Shown: piece after piece, positions 50,801 through 58,600 of the stretch | Layout: every line of letters begins with the position of its first letter | Numbering within the stretch: position 1 is the stretch's first letter | NCBI RefSeq assembly: GCF_001194135.2 | Contig: NC_068981.1 | Location: forward strand, 33,529,553-33,593,552 | Source of the DNA: Octopus bimaculoides | Lineage: Eukaryota | Reading direction: 5' to 3' | Length of the DNA stretch: 64,000 bases | Translations under genes and position numbers: made by a program | The notes under the pieces: model-generated | Told to the model about the DNA's origin: nothing | The model's input: the letters and a program-made list of their open reading frames with translations, nothing else | Database searches by the model: none

Positions 50801-52980
50801 CATACTGTTCCAGTTATTTTGGGTCAAAAATAGAAGAAAAGAAATTCTTCATTATTATCATAATGAATTTTTTCTTTTTCCTCATTACTTCAAATGAGGG
50901 AATTTAAATCAAGAGATAAACACTTAAAACAATTATTATACATATATTCCTTTAAATCAAGAGATCTAGTCTGCAGCTCCTCTTTTATATTCTATTGTAC
51001 CTTCAGTTTTATTTATCAAAGAAGGCTATGTCCTTAATACATTTTTAATTCTTAAATGAATCTGCTGCTTGATTAAAAATGTATGAAAGCTTGATGCAAC
51101 ATTGAGATCAAGGAATTCATACTTCAATTTACATTGCAATTATTTTATTTCATAACATTTTTATATATAAACTGAAGAGGTAAAAAGACTGAATTAGAAC
51201 AAAATAGTTTTAGTAATAAGTGATGCTTACATTCTGCAGACATAAGTGTTTTTGTGTAGATAGATGGCTGTGTACATGTATATTGTGTGTGTATAGATGC
51301 ATGCATATAGAAATGTGTTTACACTAATTTGACATTTAAATGTTTTCTTAAAGCATCACTTATAAAATAAACCTTTGACATCACTTATCCTATATTATTG
51401 TGACCTTATTTTACTGATGCAAGTACAGCTGAATGAGTAAAAAATTTGCTTTGCAATAATTATGAGGTCCTGGGTTCAATACCACTGTGTGACATCTTGG
51501 GCCAGTGCATATATGTATAAAGATGTAGTCATTTCCAAGTGGTTTTAGAATTTTACAATCATGAGAACACGGGTGCGTTCCCATTGCATAGCATATTGAT
51601 TGGGCAAATGTTTTTCTACCATAGCATCAAGTCATATGAAACCTTGTGAGTAGAACTGGGTAAAAAGAGCTTGAAAGCCTTGTCACACACAATTACATTA
51701 ATTCTGCTTAAGAATTGAATTAAAGGAATATTAACCCTTTCGTTACCAACCCGGCTGAAACCGGCTTTAGCTCTGAGTACAAATGTCTTGTTTTCATAAG
51801 TTTTGATTTGAAATCTTCTACCAAACATTAGTAACAATTTATGTTCTTAACACTAGTTTAATGATAACCAAGTTATTCTACTAAATTCTTTGTTATAATT
51901 AAAGTAATTGAATGAAGCACAGAGCATCTCAAAATAACTACAGTAATAAAAGGGGTTAAAGGTATAAGTGTCTGTGGAATATTAAGCCACTTGCACTGTA
52001 ATTCAGTGAATAGAGGGTTGTGTTGATCAAACAATTGAGAAATATTCATTGTTGAAATTGGCAAAAACCATTTAGTTCTATTAAACAATTATTTTATTCA
52101 TGAAACAAAGCAACTCATTTATTCTTCTTGTGATTTGATTATCACATAAAATATTTCTAATGTTTAATTCTGTTTCTGTTTTGCAGTTATATTAATACAT
52201 TACCATACCTTTTATACTATTTGTATCTTTTTCATTTTTACACAGATTTCCTCAAAATTAGTATCAAACCATCTTCTTGAACAGCTTGAAGAACACATGT
52301 TGATTTTAAAAAAGAATATAGAAAAATGCAAGAATAATTCTGGAAACAGTGAAATGGGGTGTCAAAAATTTGAAAAGAATTTTCTTAAAATTGACAAATT
52401 AGTTGGAGTTTTCCAGTCTGATTTAAAAAAATTAACTAGCACAATTCAACCACTTCTCTCTTTGAAAGAACCACTACTTGAAAACATTCCTAGTTATGAT
52501 GGAACATTTATTTGGAAATTAGACGACTTTGAAAAACGGCGTAAAGATGCAGTAAAAGGAACATGTCCTAGTTTATATTCAACCCCATTCTACACTAGCA
52601 AGTACGGTTACAAGATGTGTCTTAGACTCTACCTAAATGGCGATGGCATGGGGAAAGGAAAATATATATCACTTTTTTTTGTTGTCATGCGAGGCTCATA
52701 TGATGCACTTCTGGCGTGGCCTTTTCAACAAAAGGTTTCATTAATGATGCTGGATCAATCAGGAACAAAGCATGTTATTGACAGCTTCCGACCTGATGCT
52801 AAAAGTACTTCATTTCAACGTCCAGAAAACAAGATGAATATTGCAAGTGGCTGTCCTTTGTTCCTGTCACTCGATAAGCTTAACTCTCCAAATACATATG
52901 TGAAAAGTAATACAGCTTTCTTCAAAGTAGTTGTTGATACTACAGGACTAGAACGAATGCCAGTCAACTTTACCCCTTAA
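15625..52980 (+). CDS. TRAF2: TNF receptor-associated factor, TRAF2-like (TRAF1/2/3/5 group). Spliced CDS join(15625..15848,31417..31507,33826..33930,47961..48038,49597..49659,52246..52980), 1296 nt, 431 aa
   Basis: Exons assembled by hand. All introns are GT-AG with phases 2,0,0,0,0, and the frame is open to TAA at 52978-52980. Domains: C3HC4 RING (CPVC..CGHRFCKNC..CEKC), three TRAF-type zinc fingers, and MATH domain YDGTFIWK..FYTSKYGYKMCLRLYLNGDG..WPF..HVIDSFRPD..SFQRP..MNIASGCPLF. From recalled sequences this is closer to TRAF2 than TRAF3; orthology needs a tree. Confidence 0.92.
18328..18385 (-). ncRNA. Degenerate hammerhead-like motif in a CpG-retaining repeat in TRAF intron 1
   Basis: Minus strand reads CTGATGA-(29 nt with ATCCC/GGGAT hairpin)-GAAAC-AGCT-GTA, including the palindrome ACAGCTGT. 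Stem I and outer stem II pair poorly. Confidence 0.35.
20233..20550 (-). mobile_element. SINE family A, full-length copy
   Basis: Reverse complement of the 3753 element with internal (CA)n. Further copies lie at about 1785-1950(-), 17872-18070 plus 18497-18660(-), 27020-27110(-), 46590-46925(-), 56525-56880(+), 59175-59420(+), 59985-60190(-) and 61663-62042(+). Confidence 0.8.
21415..22870 (+). mobile_element. Near full-length decayed mariner (DD34D) transposon
   Basis: Inverted CCCATAAATAATGC at 21426-21439 and GCATTATTTATGGG at 22851-22864, TA-rich flanks. Transposase motifs MEVTKEYIQHVLFYEF, WVPH, IVTGDEKWVLY, SVWWD, HQDNA and YSPDIAPSDY, broken by stops and frameshifts. Confidence 0.92.
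21694..21836 (+). mobile_element. RTE 3'-tail copy nested in the mariner transposase
   Basis: Tail sequence with (GAT)4 interrupts the mariner ORF after NINVV. Confidence 0.9.
24265..24479 (-). mobile_element. RTE 3'-tail copy with probable TSD
   Basis: Flanked by GACTTTTCATT (24254-24264) and GACTTTCATT (24480-24489). Confidence 0.88.
25290..26150 (-). mobile_element. CR1/L2-like LINE, decayed 3' part of ORF2
   Basis: CECDLGITASSDLHWTWHISKIVKKA..RLYMAIAQPHLEFASPV* and TFFSLRVAEAWNKLPASVV..SFK are typical CR1-clade post-RT motifs, with multiple stops. Confidence 0.85.
28675..29029 (+). mobile_element. RTE 3'-UTR copy
   Basis: Modular UTR, conserved tail and (GAT)6. Confidence 0.85.
30115..30177. 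repeat. (ATT)n microsatellite
   Basis: About 20 ATT units with one interruption. Confidence 0.95.
30178..30598 (+). mobile_element. Two head-to-tail copies of tRNA-derived SINE family B
   Basis: AAGGCAGTGAGCTGGCAGAATCGTTAGCA..TGAGTTCAAATTC..GATAAATTAAGTACCAGT..GCCTATAGTAGAAAGGA-(TTA) occurs twice. Other copies lie at about 19385-19580(+), 34063-34195(+), 47255-47465(-), 58575-58803 plus 58816-59042(+) and 61366-61550(+). Confidence 0.8.
30597..30840 (+). mobile_element. RTE 3'-UTR copy
   Basis: Conserved tail plus (GAT)n, directly after two tandem SINEs. Confidence 0.88.
31417..31507 (+). CDS. TRAF2: TRAF coding exon 2 (end of RING)
   Basis: Acceptor ttttctgtcttacAG, phase 2 matches exon 1. 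Encodes (Q)DSICEKCLEDVSNESDSIDPTISMLISKNE, supplying the last CxxC of the RING. Donor GTATGT at 31508. Confidence 0.88.
32622..33737 (-). mobile_element. 5'-truncated RTE-clade LINE in TRAF intron 2 (spans an N gap)
   Basis: CKLWTHKRC..VCGRC..EKLEVVDSFRYLG..RIRIAWAKFRELLPLL..GRLYDACVRTTMLHGSETW is an RTE RT C-terminus and thumb. The 3' tail ends in (GAT)n at 32622-32642. Confidence 0.92.
33826..33930 (+). CDS. TRAF2: TRAF coding exon 3 (first half of zinc finger 1)
   Basis: Acceptor ttttacttgcAG, encodes QPYTPDYYLRKELDKHPAQCLYPGCSWKGKFKDYK (TRAF-type PD..R.E...C...GC.W.G pattern). Donor GTAAGT at 33931. 105 nt, phase 0-0. Confidence 0.88.
34342..34962 (-). mobile_element. RTE LINE 3' end, longer-UTR variant
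   Basis: HDLQTLGLTEAMTSDRDLWRYAVLEKIRQAK* with stop at 34866-34868, then about 520 nt of modular UTR. Confidence 0.85.
35045..35249. mobile_element. piggyBac-like MITE (family 1)
   Basis: TTAACCCTTCTATTACC...GGTATCAAAAGGATTAA, similar to 44027-44779. Confidence 0.65.
36363..36739 (+). mobile_element. RTE 3'-UTR copy
   Basis: Modular UTR, conserved tail and (GAT)n. More diverged copies lie at about 22900-23085(+), 41476-41660(-), 42245-42326(+), 55723-55915(-), 57568-57790(-) and 60260-60483(+). Confidence 0.85.
37150..37530 (+). mobile_element. Highly decayed LINE 3' fragment (CR1/Jockey group)
   Basis: LD*IQRKAIQLIG and LSLFY remnants. Confidence 0.45.
37982..38242. mobile_element. hAT-type MITE
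   Basis: TIRs CAGGGCTGTGGA and TGCACAGCCCTG, perfect 8-bp TSD ATTTTCTT (37974-37981 and 38243-38250), internal GGAGTT/GGAGTC subterminal repeats. Confidence 0.88.
39872..40691 (-). mobile_element. Internally deleted Tc1/mariner element, maT (DD37D)-like
   Basis: Minus strand reads KHPVNIMVVGVITSDG..WQQDSAPCHT..WPPNPTDCKPFDYYV..RFRSRLEAV with in-frame stops. Degenerate TIRs TA-CAGGGTGC and GCAGCCTG-TA. There are 36 residues between the 2nd and 3rd Asp in this copy. Confidence 0.8.
41979..42245 (-). mobile_element. Mariner 3' fragment (second family)
   Basis: DYHLFRSLQNHL..FYIDGIKKLVNRWKEVIDNQGKYIDD* is a typical mariner C-terminus. It is followed by the TIR-like TATCAGGTCATCCCATAAGTTCTG. Confidence 0.85.
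42540..42845 (-). mobile_element. Helitron Rep-helicase (Pif1-like) C-terminal fragment
   Basis: HIPKLPFTLERN*FPVCLSFAMTINKLQGQLFDKVGLFLLERVFSHGQLYVAFSR..KNIVCKEVL carries helicase motifs V-VI with an in-frame stop and no upstream domains. Confidence 0.85.
44027..44779. mobile_element. TTAA-flanked piggyBac-like MITE (family 1), split by the hAT MITE
   Basis: TTAACCC..AAGGTTAA ends. Homologous to copies at 35045-35249, 43792-44022, 51731-51959 and 55226-55666. Confidence 0.7.
44138..44656. mobile_element. hAT (Charlie-like) MITE
   Basis: Perfect 16-bp TIRs CAGTGGTTCCCAAACT and AGTTTGGGAACCACTG, perfect 8-bp TSD GTTTAGAA (44130-44137 and 44657-44664), internal GCGACCCA repeats. Confidence 0.93.
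45855..46250 (-). mobile_element. HERO-like non-LTR retrotransposon 3' fragment (restriction-like endonuclease)
   Basis: Minus strand reads LTVPWEEHMEAHERKLAIYQRLVEQCRKWD*KACCKPTTVGCRGFVG, then after a frameshift LIGTAERRVITSIAEGAEKATNWLWIK. This matches the REL C-terminus I recall for HERO elements. Confidence 0.75.
47961..48038 (+). CDS. TRAF2: TRAF coding exon 4 (end of ZF1, start of ZF2)
   Basis: Acceptor tttgttcttgTAG followed by CAGCAG, encodes QQHSRNCEWRPEVCDRCFEGKIPMCE. Donor GTAAGT at 48039. 78 nt. Not in the ORF track because it is too short. Confidence 0.87.
49597..49659 (+). CDS. TRAF2: TRAF coding exon 5 (end of ZF2, start of ZF3)
   Basis: Acceptor tttacgtatttactAG, encodes MENHKKDCPYPVDCPLNCGVK. 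Donor GTTTGT at 49660. 63 nt, phase 0-0. Confidence 0.85.
51731..51959. mobile_element. piggyBac-like MITE (family 1), CpG-retaining copy
   Basis: TTAACCCTTTCGTTACCAACCCGGC...GTAATAAAAGGGGTTAA with TTAA at both ends. Confidence 0.7.
52246..52980 (+). CDS. TRAF2: TRAF terminal coding exon (end of ZF3, coiled coil, MATH/TRAF-C domain)
   Basis: Acceptor tttttacacAG at 52245, in frame with ORF 52297..52980. Adds ISSKLVSNHLLEQLEEH upstream of the ORF and contains the complete MATH domain. Confidence 0.95.
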   Translation: MSSKLVSNHLLEQLEEHMLILKKNIEKCKNNSGNSEMGCQKFEKNFLKIDKLVGVFQSDLKKLTSTIQPLLSLKEPLLENIPSYDGTFIWKLDDFEKRRKDAVKGTCPSLYSTPFYTSKYGYKMCLRLYLNGDGMGKGKYISLFFVVMRGSYDALLAWPFQQKVSLMMLDQSGTKHVIDSFRPDAKSTSFQRPENKMNIASGCPLFLSLDKLNSPNTYVKSNTAFFKVVVDTTGLERMPVNFTP

Positions 52981-53309
52981 TTATTTATATTAATCTTTAT
53001 TTCTAGAGAGTGGTTATGCTTGGTTTTAGTGGGGAGGCACATGCCTCCCTACCGTTTGTGTCCATTTGCAATCATCGTAATTCCTTATAATGCATTGAAA
53101 TTTAGAAAAACCGATATTGGTTTTATTGTATAAAATGGCTATTTTTTTACTTGATGACTTGTTAATTATTGAATATTGTTTATTGAATATAAATTTGTAA
53201 AAATACACAAACCTTTCATGGATCAAACAATTACAACCAAAATCTATATCATTTAAGCCTGTATATATATTTGTTTTTGGAAAGTGGGTGGAGCGACATG
53301 CTTCCGCGG

Positions 53310-53315
53310 AAATAA
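53310..53315 (+). other. Candidate polyadenylation signal of the TRAF gene
   Basis: First AATAAA after the stop codon. Alternatives lie at 53534 and further downstream; no transcript evidence. Confidence 0.3.
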
Positions 53316-55225
53316 AAACAAAACCCTCTCCCCAAAAACAGTATTTTTTTGACTTTACTATTCATAGTATGCTGGCTGACTATTGTTCCCTCTTTGCTGG
53401 TTTTGATGTTTGTACCAAACCTTTTGAATTGGCTGCCAAATTTCTCTCCATCACTGCACGCAATTAAAAGGTTTTTACATTACATTTTTTTTTTTTTCCC
53501 CAACCAACACTGCTTTTATTCTGACATAAAGCTAATAAATTATTTCTGATATGCTGCTGCCACCAGTAGCTGGACATCATGTTGCTTTTCATCAGTTGCA
53601 TTGGAAATAACGAAATAAAATGCTGAAGTAGTTTGCCAAAAGTCAACTATCAAATTCTAAATTTAGTTTGGTTTCTTTAAATAAAAGGTGAGCGCAAGAG
53701 AGCACAAGTGCGAGAAAGAGAAAGCAAGAAAGAAAATATCATGCTCCAGTCACAAGTAAAAATGGGAGTTGATGGAACTTAAGTTAATAGTTTTTGAAGT
53801 GACTGTAAAGCTGCTGCTGCTGCTGTTGCCATAGATACCTACTACAAAGATAAATATTTCATCTTTTAATTATAACTTATTCTATGATTATAACTGTACA
53901 CATTCATTTGTAATTTCTAGACATTTCTGTTGAAATACCTTTCTCCAAATCATTTTCCATTTGTTGAGTATATAAGACCATGCCTAGACCAAGAACTCAG
54001 TAATTCCACACATGAAATTACACTGGATATTCACCTTCCAACAGCCTCTAAACAAAACCTTTTTTTTTTTTTTTTTTTTTTTAAATTAGCAGCTCACTAG
54101 CTTATTTCTTAATAAATGCACTTTAATCTATTAATATTGGGTTTTTTTTTCTCTAATTTACTGCTATATGCTTGATTAATATGTATAAAAGAGTGTATAT
54201 GTGAGGTGTTTTGTTTCCTTGTGTTGTTCTTAGTTCTGTTACACACTTGTTGCATGTTGTGTTCAATGCCAGTAACATTATTATTATTATAGAGAGAAGC
54301 TCAAGTTTAAGATAAAAAATGTTGGAAAAGAAATATACTATTATCAAATGGGTTTAGTTAAGCCTTCTAGTCTGTTATTTGTTGGTCTTTTTAATTGGCA
54401 TTATATGTATAAACTCTTATCATATCTTATCTTGTATCCCAAATAATGACTAGGTGGTTTTTCCCCTTAATTTCTTAATAGTTATTGCCTTCTTTTTTAC
54501 ATCTACTTTTGACTAATTCATGTCTAATGCCAGCTCTTAAAATTTTTAATAAAATTTACTAGTCTACTCTCTTTTCCTCATCTACATCTTTTTAGAAATA
54601 TATATGTAATTTGATGGACCTGTTGTTCTTATTAAAGGAACAATATGAATAAATTAAAATGCATTTTGATAAGGTACCGAAATAGAATTAAAATGTTTGA
54701 AAATCTATAAAATAAAATTTGTCCTAATCATTGTTTTCCCCATCAAAAATTTTTATATATTATGAAATTTAGAAACCTCTGGTACTTATTAAACTTGCGG
54801 GGGAAAAAATTGATTTGATAAACTGCTGTTGAAATGATATAATTATTTGTTCAATTTGCTAATAATACACACGAAATTTTTCAAAACATTTATACATTTT
54901 GAAATAGGAATTTCTGATACTAAACTTGAGAAAAAATAAACCATTGATATGATAAACTGTTATTAAAATTATGTTTTTTTTTTTTTTTAAATTTGTTAAC
55001 ATACAAGAAAGTTTCACTTCAAGGGTGGATTTTATTAATATGATTAATGCAATGATTTTGAGACATTTTTTAAAGTAAATTTTTGTAAATAATTGTAGTA
55101 GCAGAAATTGATGTTCTGAATCTAAATATTATATTTATGAAAAAATCTTGTAATTCTCCTCCCCACCAAAAGTTGAAACTACCCGGTTAATATTTAGTTT
55201 GGGTATTAATATTTGTCCAGTAAAT

Positions 55226-55666
55226 TTAACCTTTTTGATGCCAACCCACCTGAGACCAACTTTAGTTCTATGATGCAAATTTCTTGATTTAACCCATTAG
55301 CATTTAAACTGGCCATATTCAGCCAAAATATTCTGTTTTATGTTTAAAATTGACCAGATCCAGCCTCTTGCACCTACCCTGAAGCTACAAGATACTGCAT
55401 AATTAATTCAAAGCATTGTGAATAAATAAGCATTACTTTTGACAGTGTAATCTGAATGCTAAACGGTTAAAATGTCTAAATTATTATCTGAATGCTAAAC
55501 GGTTAAAATGTCTAAATCTGTAAAAATTTCATGTTATTTTCTAAACACTGGATTTATCATTTATACTTAAGTTTTTTTTTTGTTTTTGTTTTTTTTTCAT
55601 AATTTTTCAAAATTAATTGAAACAAAGGCATTGTATTCAACAGAAATATGGTAACAAAAGGGTTAA
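55226..55666. mobile_element. piggyBac-like MITE family 1 with a family 2 MITE nested at 55289-55470
   Basis: Outer ends TTAACCTTTTTGATGCC..GGTAACAAAAGGGTTAA. Inner ends TTAACCCATTAGCATTTAAAC..GAATGCTAAACGGTTAA. Other family 2 copies lie at about 24995-25186, 29178-29378, 38947-39090 and 58200-58430. Confidence 0.7.
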
Positions 55667-58600
55667 ATAGTGAGTTTTAGAGTGATATAGTTTTCGAGAG
55701 CAAAGGTTGAGTCAAATGGGAATTCATCATCGTTTAACATCCATTTTCCATGCTGGCATAGGTTGGACAGTTCGACAGGAGCTGGCTAGCCAGGGAGCTC
55801 TTCAGACTTCAATTGTTTGTTGTGGCATGGTCTCTATGGCTGGATACCCTTCCTAACACCAACCACTTTACAGATTGTACTGAATGCTTTTAACATGGCA
55901 CTGGCACAAGTGCTTTATATATATATACACACACACACACACACTTAACTGTTGGAAAAAATAGTATAGTATGCAGTACCATAGCTGATATTAATGATAT
56001 ATTTTATTTTAGCCAAGTGAGTCTCTTGCTACTCCAAGTTTCACCTGTAGGTGTATGTAATGTGTGTGCAAATGAATGCATTATTTCACTTGTCACTGCA
56101 TGAACAAAACAATGTCGATGATTAGCTACTCTATCCTTTGAAATACAGGTGGAATATAAAAATCTCTTGTAAAACAGTTGATCGTTGCCAAGATGCACAT
56201 CCAACCCTAAAATCCTGCCTCAAATAACTTATATGGAAAAACAGATGTTTAATGAATGAATAATACATATACACAACTGGCTTCCACTCATTTGCTGGCT
56301 ACTAAATTCAGCTCGCAAAGCACTGATGATCTGAATGCTATGGTAGAAGACCCTTGACAAAGCTGCCAAGGAGTGTGATAGATTCATGTGTTAGCAAATT
56401 TAATTCTTAATAAGACAGCCATGACTTAACAAAAGAAATCATACTCTTAGATATTGGGTGATGCTCCTGCAGACACGTTGACAAAGGCAGAAGAGTTACA
56501 TGGTCAATAAGATCAGCTGTGAAATGGTATTTGGTAACAGTTTGCTTCCTATCAATGTGGTCTTTGGTTCAATCCCATGACAGCACCTTCAGCAAGTGCC
56601 TTCTGTATCCCTGAGCTGACTAAAGCCTTGTGAGTGGATTTGTTTGATATAAGTTGAAAGAATTCTATCATGTGTGTTTGTGTTTCTCTGCACTGCCACT
56701 TGACAGCCGGTATTGGTTTGTTTATATCCCCATAGCTTAGTGGTTCAGTAAAAATAGACCAATAGAATAAGTACGAAGCTTAGAAAAAAATAAGTATAGG
56801 CTTTGATTTGTTCAACTAAACTCTTCAAGGTGGTGCTCCAGCATAGCCACAGACCAAAGACTGAAACAAGTAAAAGATAAGATATGTTTTAGTGACAATA
56901 TCTTAGATGTTTACCCAATTACCAGAACAATTGCCTTTGGTGAAGGTTGATTTGGGTTTGAAGAAAGAATGTCACTGTTCAGGACTACATTGCTGTATCA
57001 CCAAGCTTAAGAGGGAACCCCTTTGAGATTGTTTGGCCTGCAAGAAATAATAACAAAATTTTTCCCATTACACTTTACTCCGTTTTTTTTTTTTTGTTTT
57101 TTTTTTTTTAAAGGATCTGTTAAACAGTGTCATTCTTAATATATGAAAAAAAGATGGGGTTGTCATGGCTGGAATACCTTTGATTATAAGGTTGCTCGGT
57201 TGACACTGGGACTAAACAACTGCTACTCTCACACATACTGCTTAATTCTAATCCCCTCTGTCTTTCTCTCTCCCACATGCATATTCTTCATACTTCAATC
57301 CACCTTTCTCTCTCTCAAATATAATCCCTAAAGATTTTAGCAGTACAAAAGCTATTTACTTTCCAGTAGGTTAACCTTGCGTAGAAAGATTGTAATTTGA
57401 TCCTATTTTCTGGAATTGATAGTGAAAAGAATATGTGAAATACATTGCAAATTTAATTCATGAAGAATGTATAGGTTTATTGAAAAATATTAAACAGAGT
57501 ATATATTTTATTTTCCAATTGTTAGAAAAATGGTGGATATAGTTAGAAATGATAGGACAAAAGACACCATCATTTAACATCCACTTTCAATGCTGACATG
57601 AGTTGGACAGTTTGACAGGAACTGGCTGCTTGGGTTCCAACATGTTTTGGCATGGTTTCTCTGACTGGATGCCCTTCCTAATGCCAAGCACTTTATAGAG
57701 TGTACTGGGTGCCTTTTACACAAAATGGCATGAGTGCTTTTAATGTGGTGCCAGCACTTGTGCTTTTAACACAACACTGGCACAAAGACATTGATGTAAA
57801 TGGGTAATAGAAAAAGTTTCACTTTTGACCAAGTCAAATGAGACTTGGCACATAATATAGAGAAGTAAAAAGTAATCAGCAAGTTTGTTTCTGTTTTGAA
57901 TTTCTTTTTTTAAGTGGTATTCATCACTTTGAATATGCTTGAAATAAAAATAAGTTTGTTATTAGATTAAGTTATCCTACATGAGTTAAAGGTGTATGTG
58001 TTTTAAGATTTGTTGCTACAATGTCACTATTTACTGTTTCAAACAAAATTTGTTACACTTGGCTTTCAATGGGAGTGGAATGGATCTAAATATTAGAACA
58101 TGTTGCTGTATTTATTTTTAAATACCTTGCCTTTATTTTGATTGATTTCAAAAGTAATAGCTATATTAAAGTAAGTTTGTCATTATCAAGCTGGTGTTTG
58201 GAAAACATAACATAGAATTTTGATAGCATTCAGATTATTTTGTCAAATGTAATGCTTATTTATTTACATTGCTTTGAATTACTCTTGCATTATCTCATAG
58301 CTTCAAGATTTTGATGATTGATTGTTTATTTCTGGAATGACATTGTAGTTTAGGCGTGAGAGGCCAAATATGGCCAGTTTGGCCAATATGCTAGTGTGTT
58401 AAATTTAGGTCGCTCCAAGTTAGTATCACAGAAATAAAAATGTGATCTCTGCAGGTTAGTATCAAAAGTGTTAAGTATCATTGACTTCTAATTGAGTTAC
58501 ACTCATTAATGTTGATGTTAATGTGAAAATTTATCAAGAGAGTTAAGTACTATAATGATATTTAATAATAATAAGTACTGGGTGGTGAGCTGACAGGACC

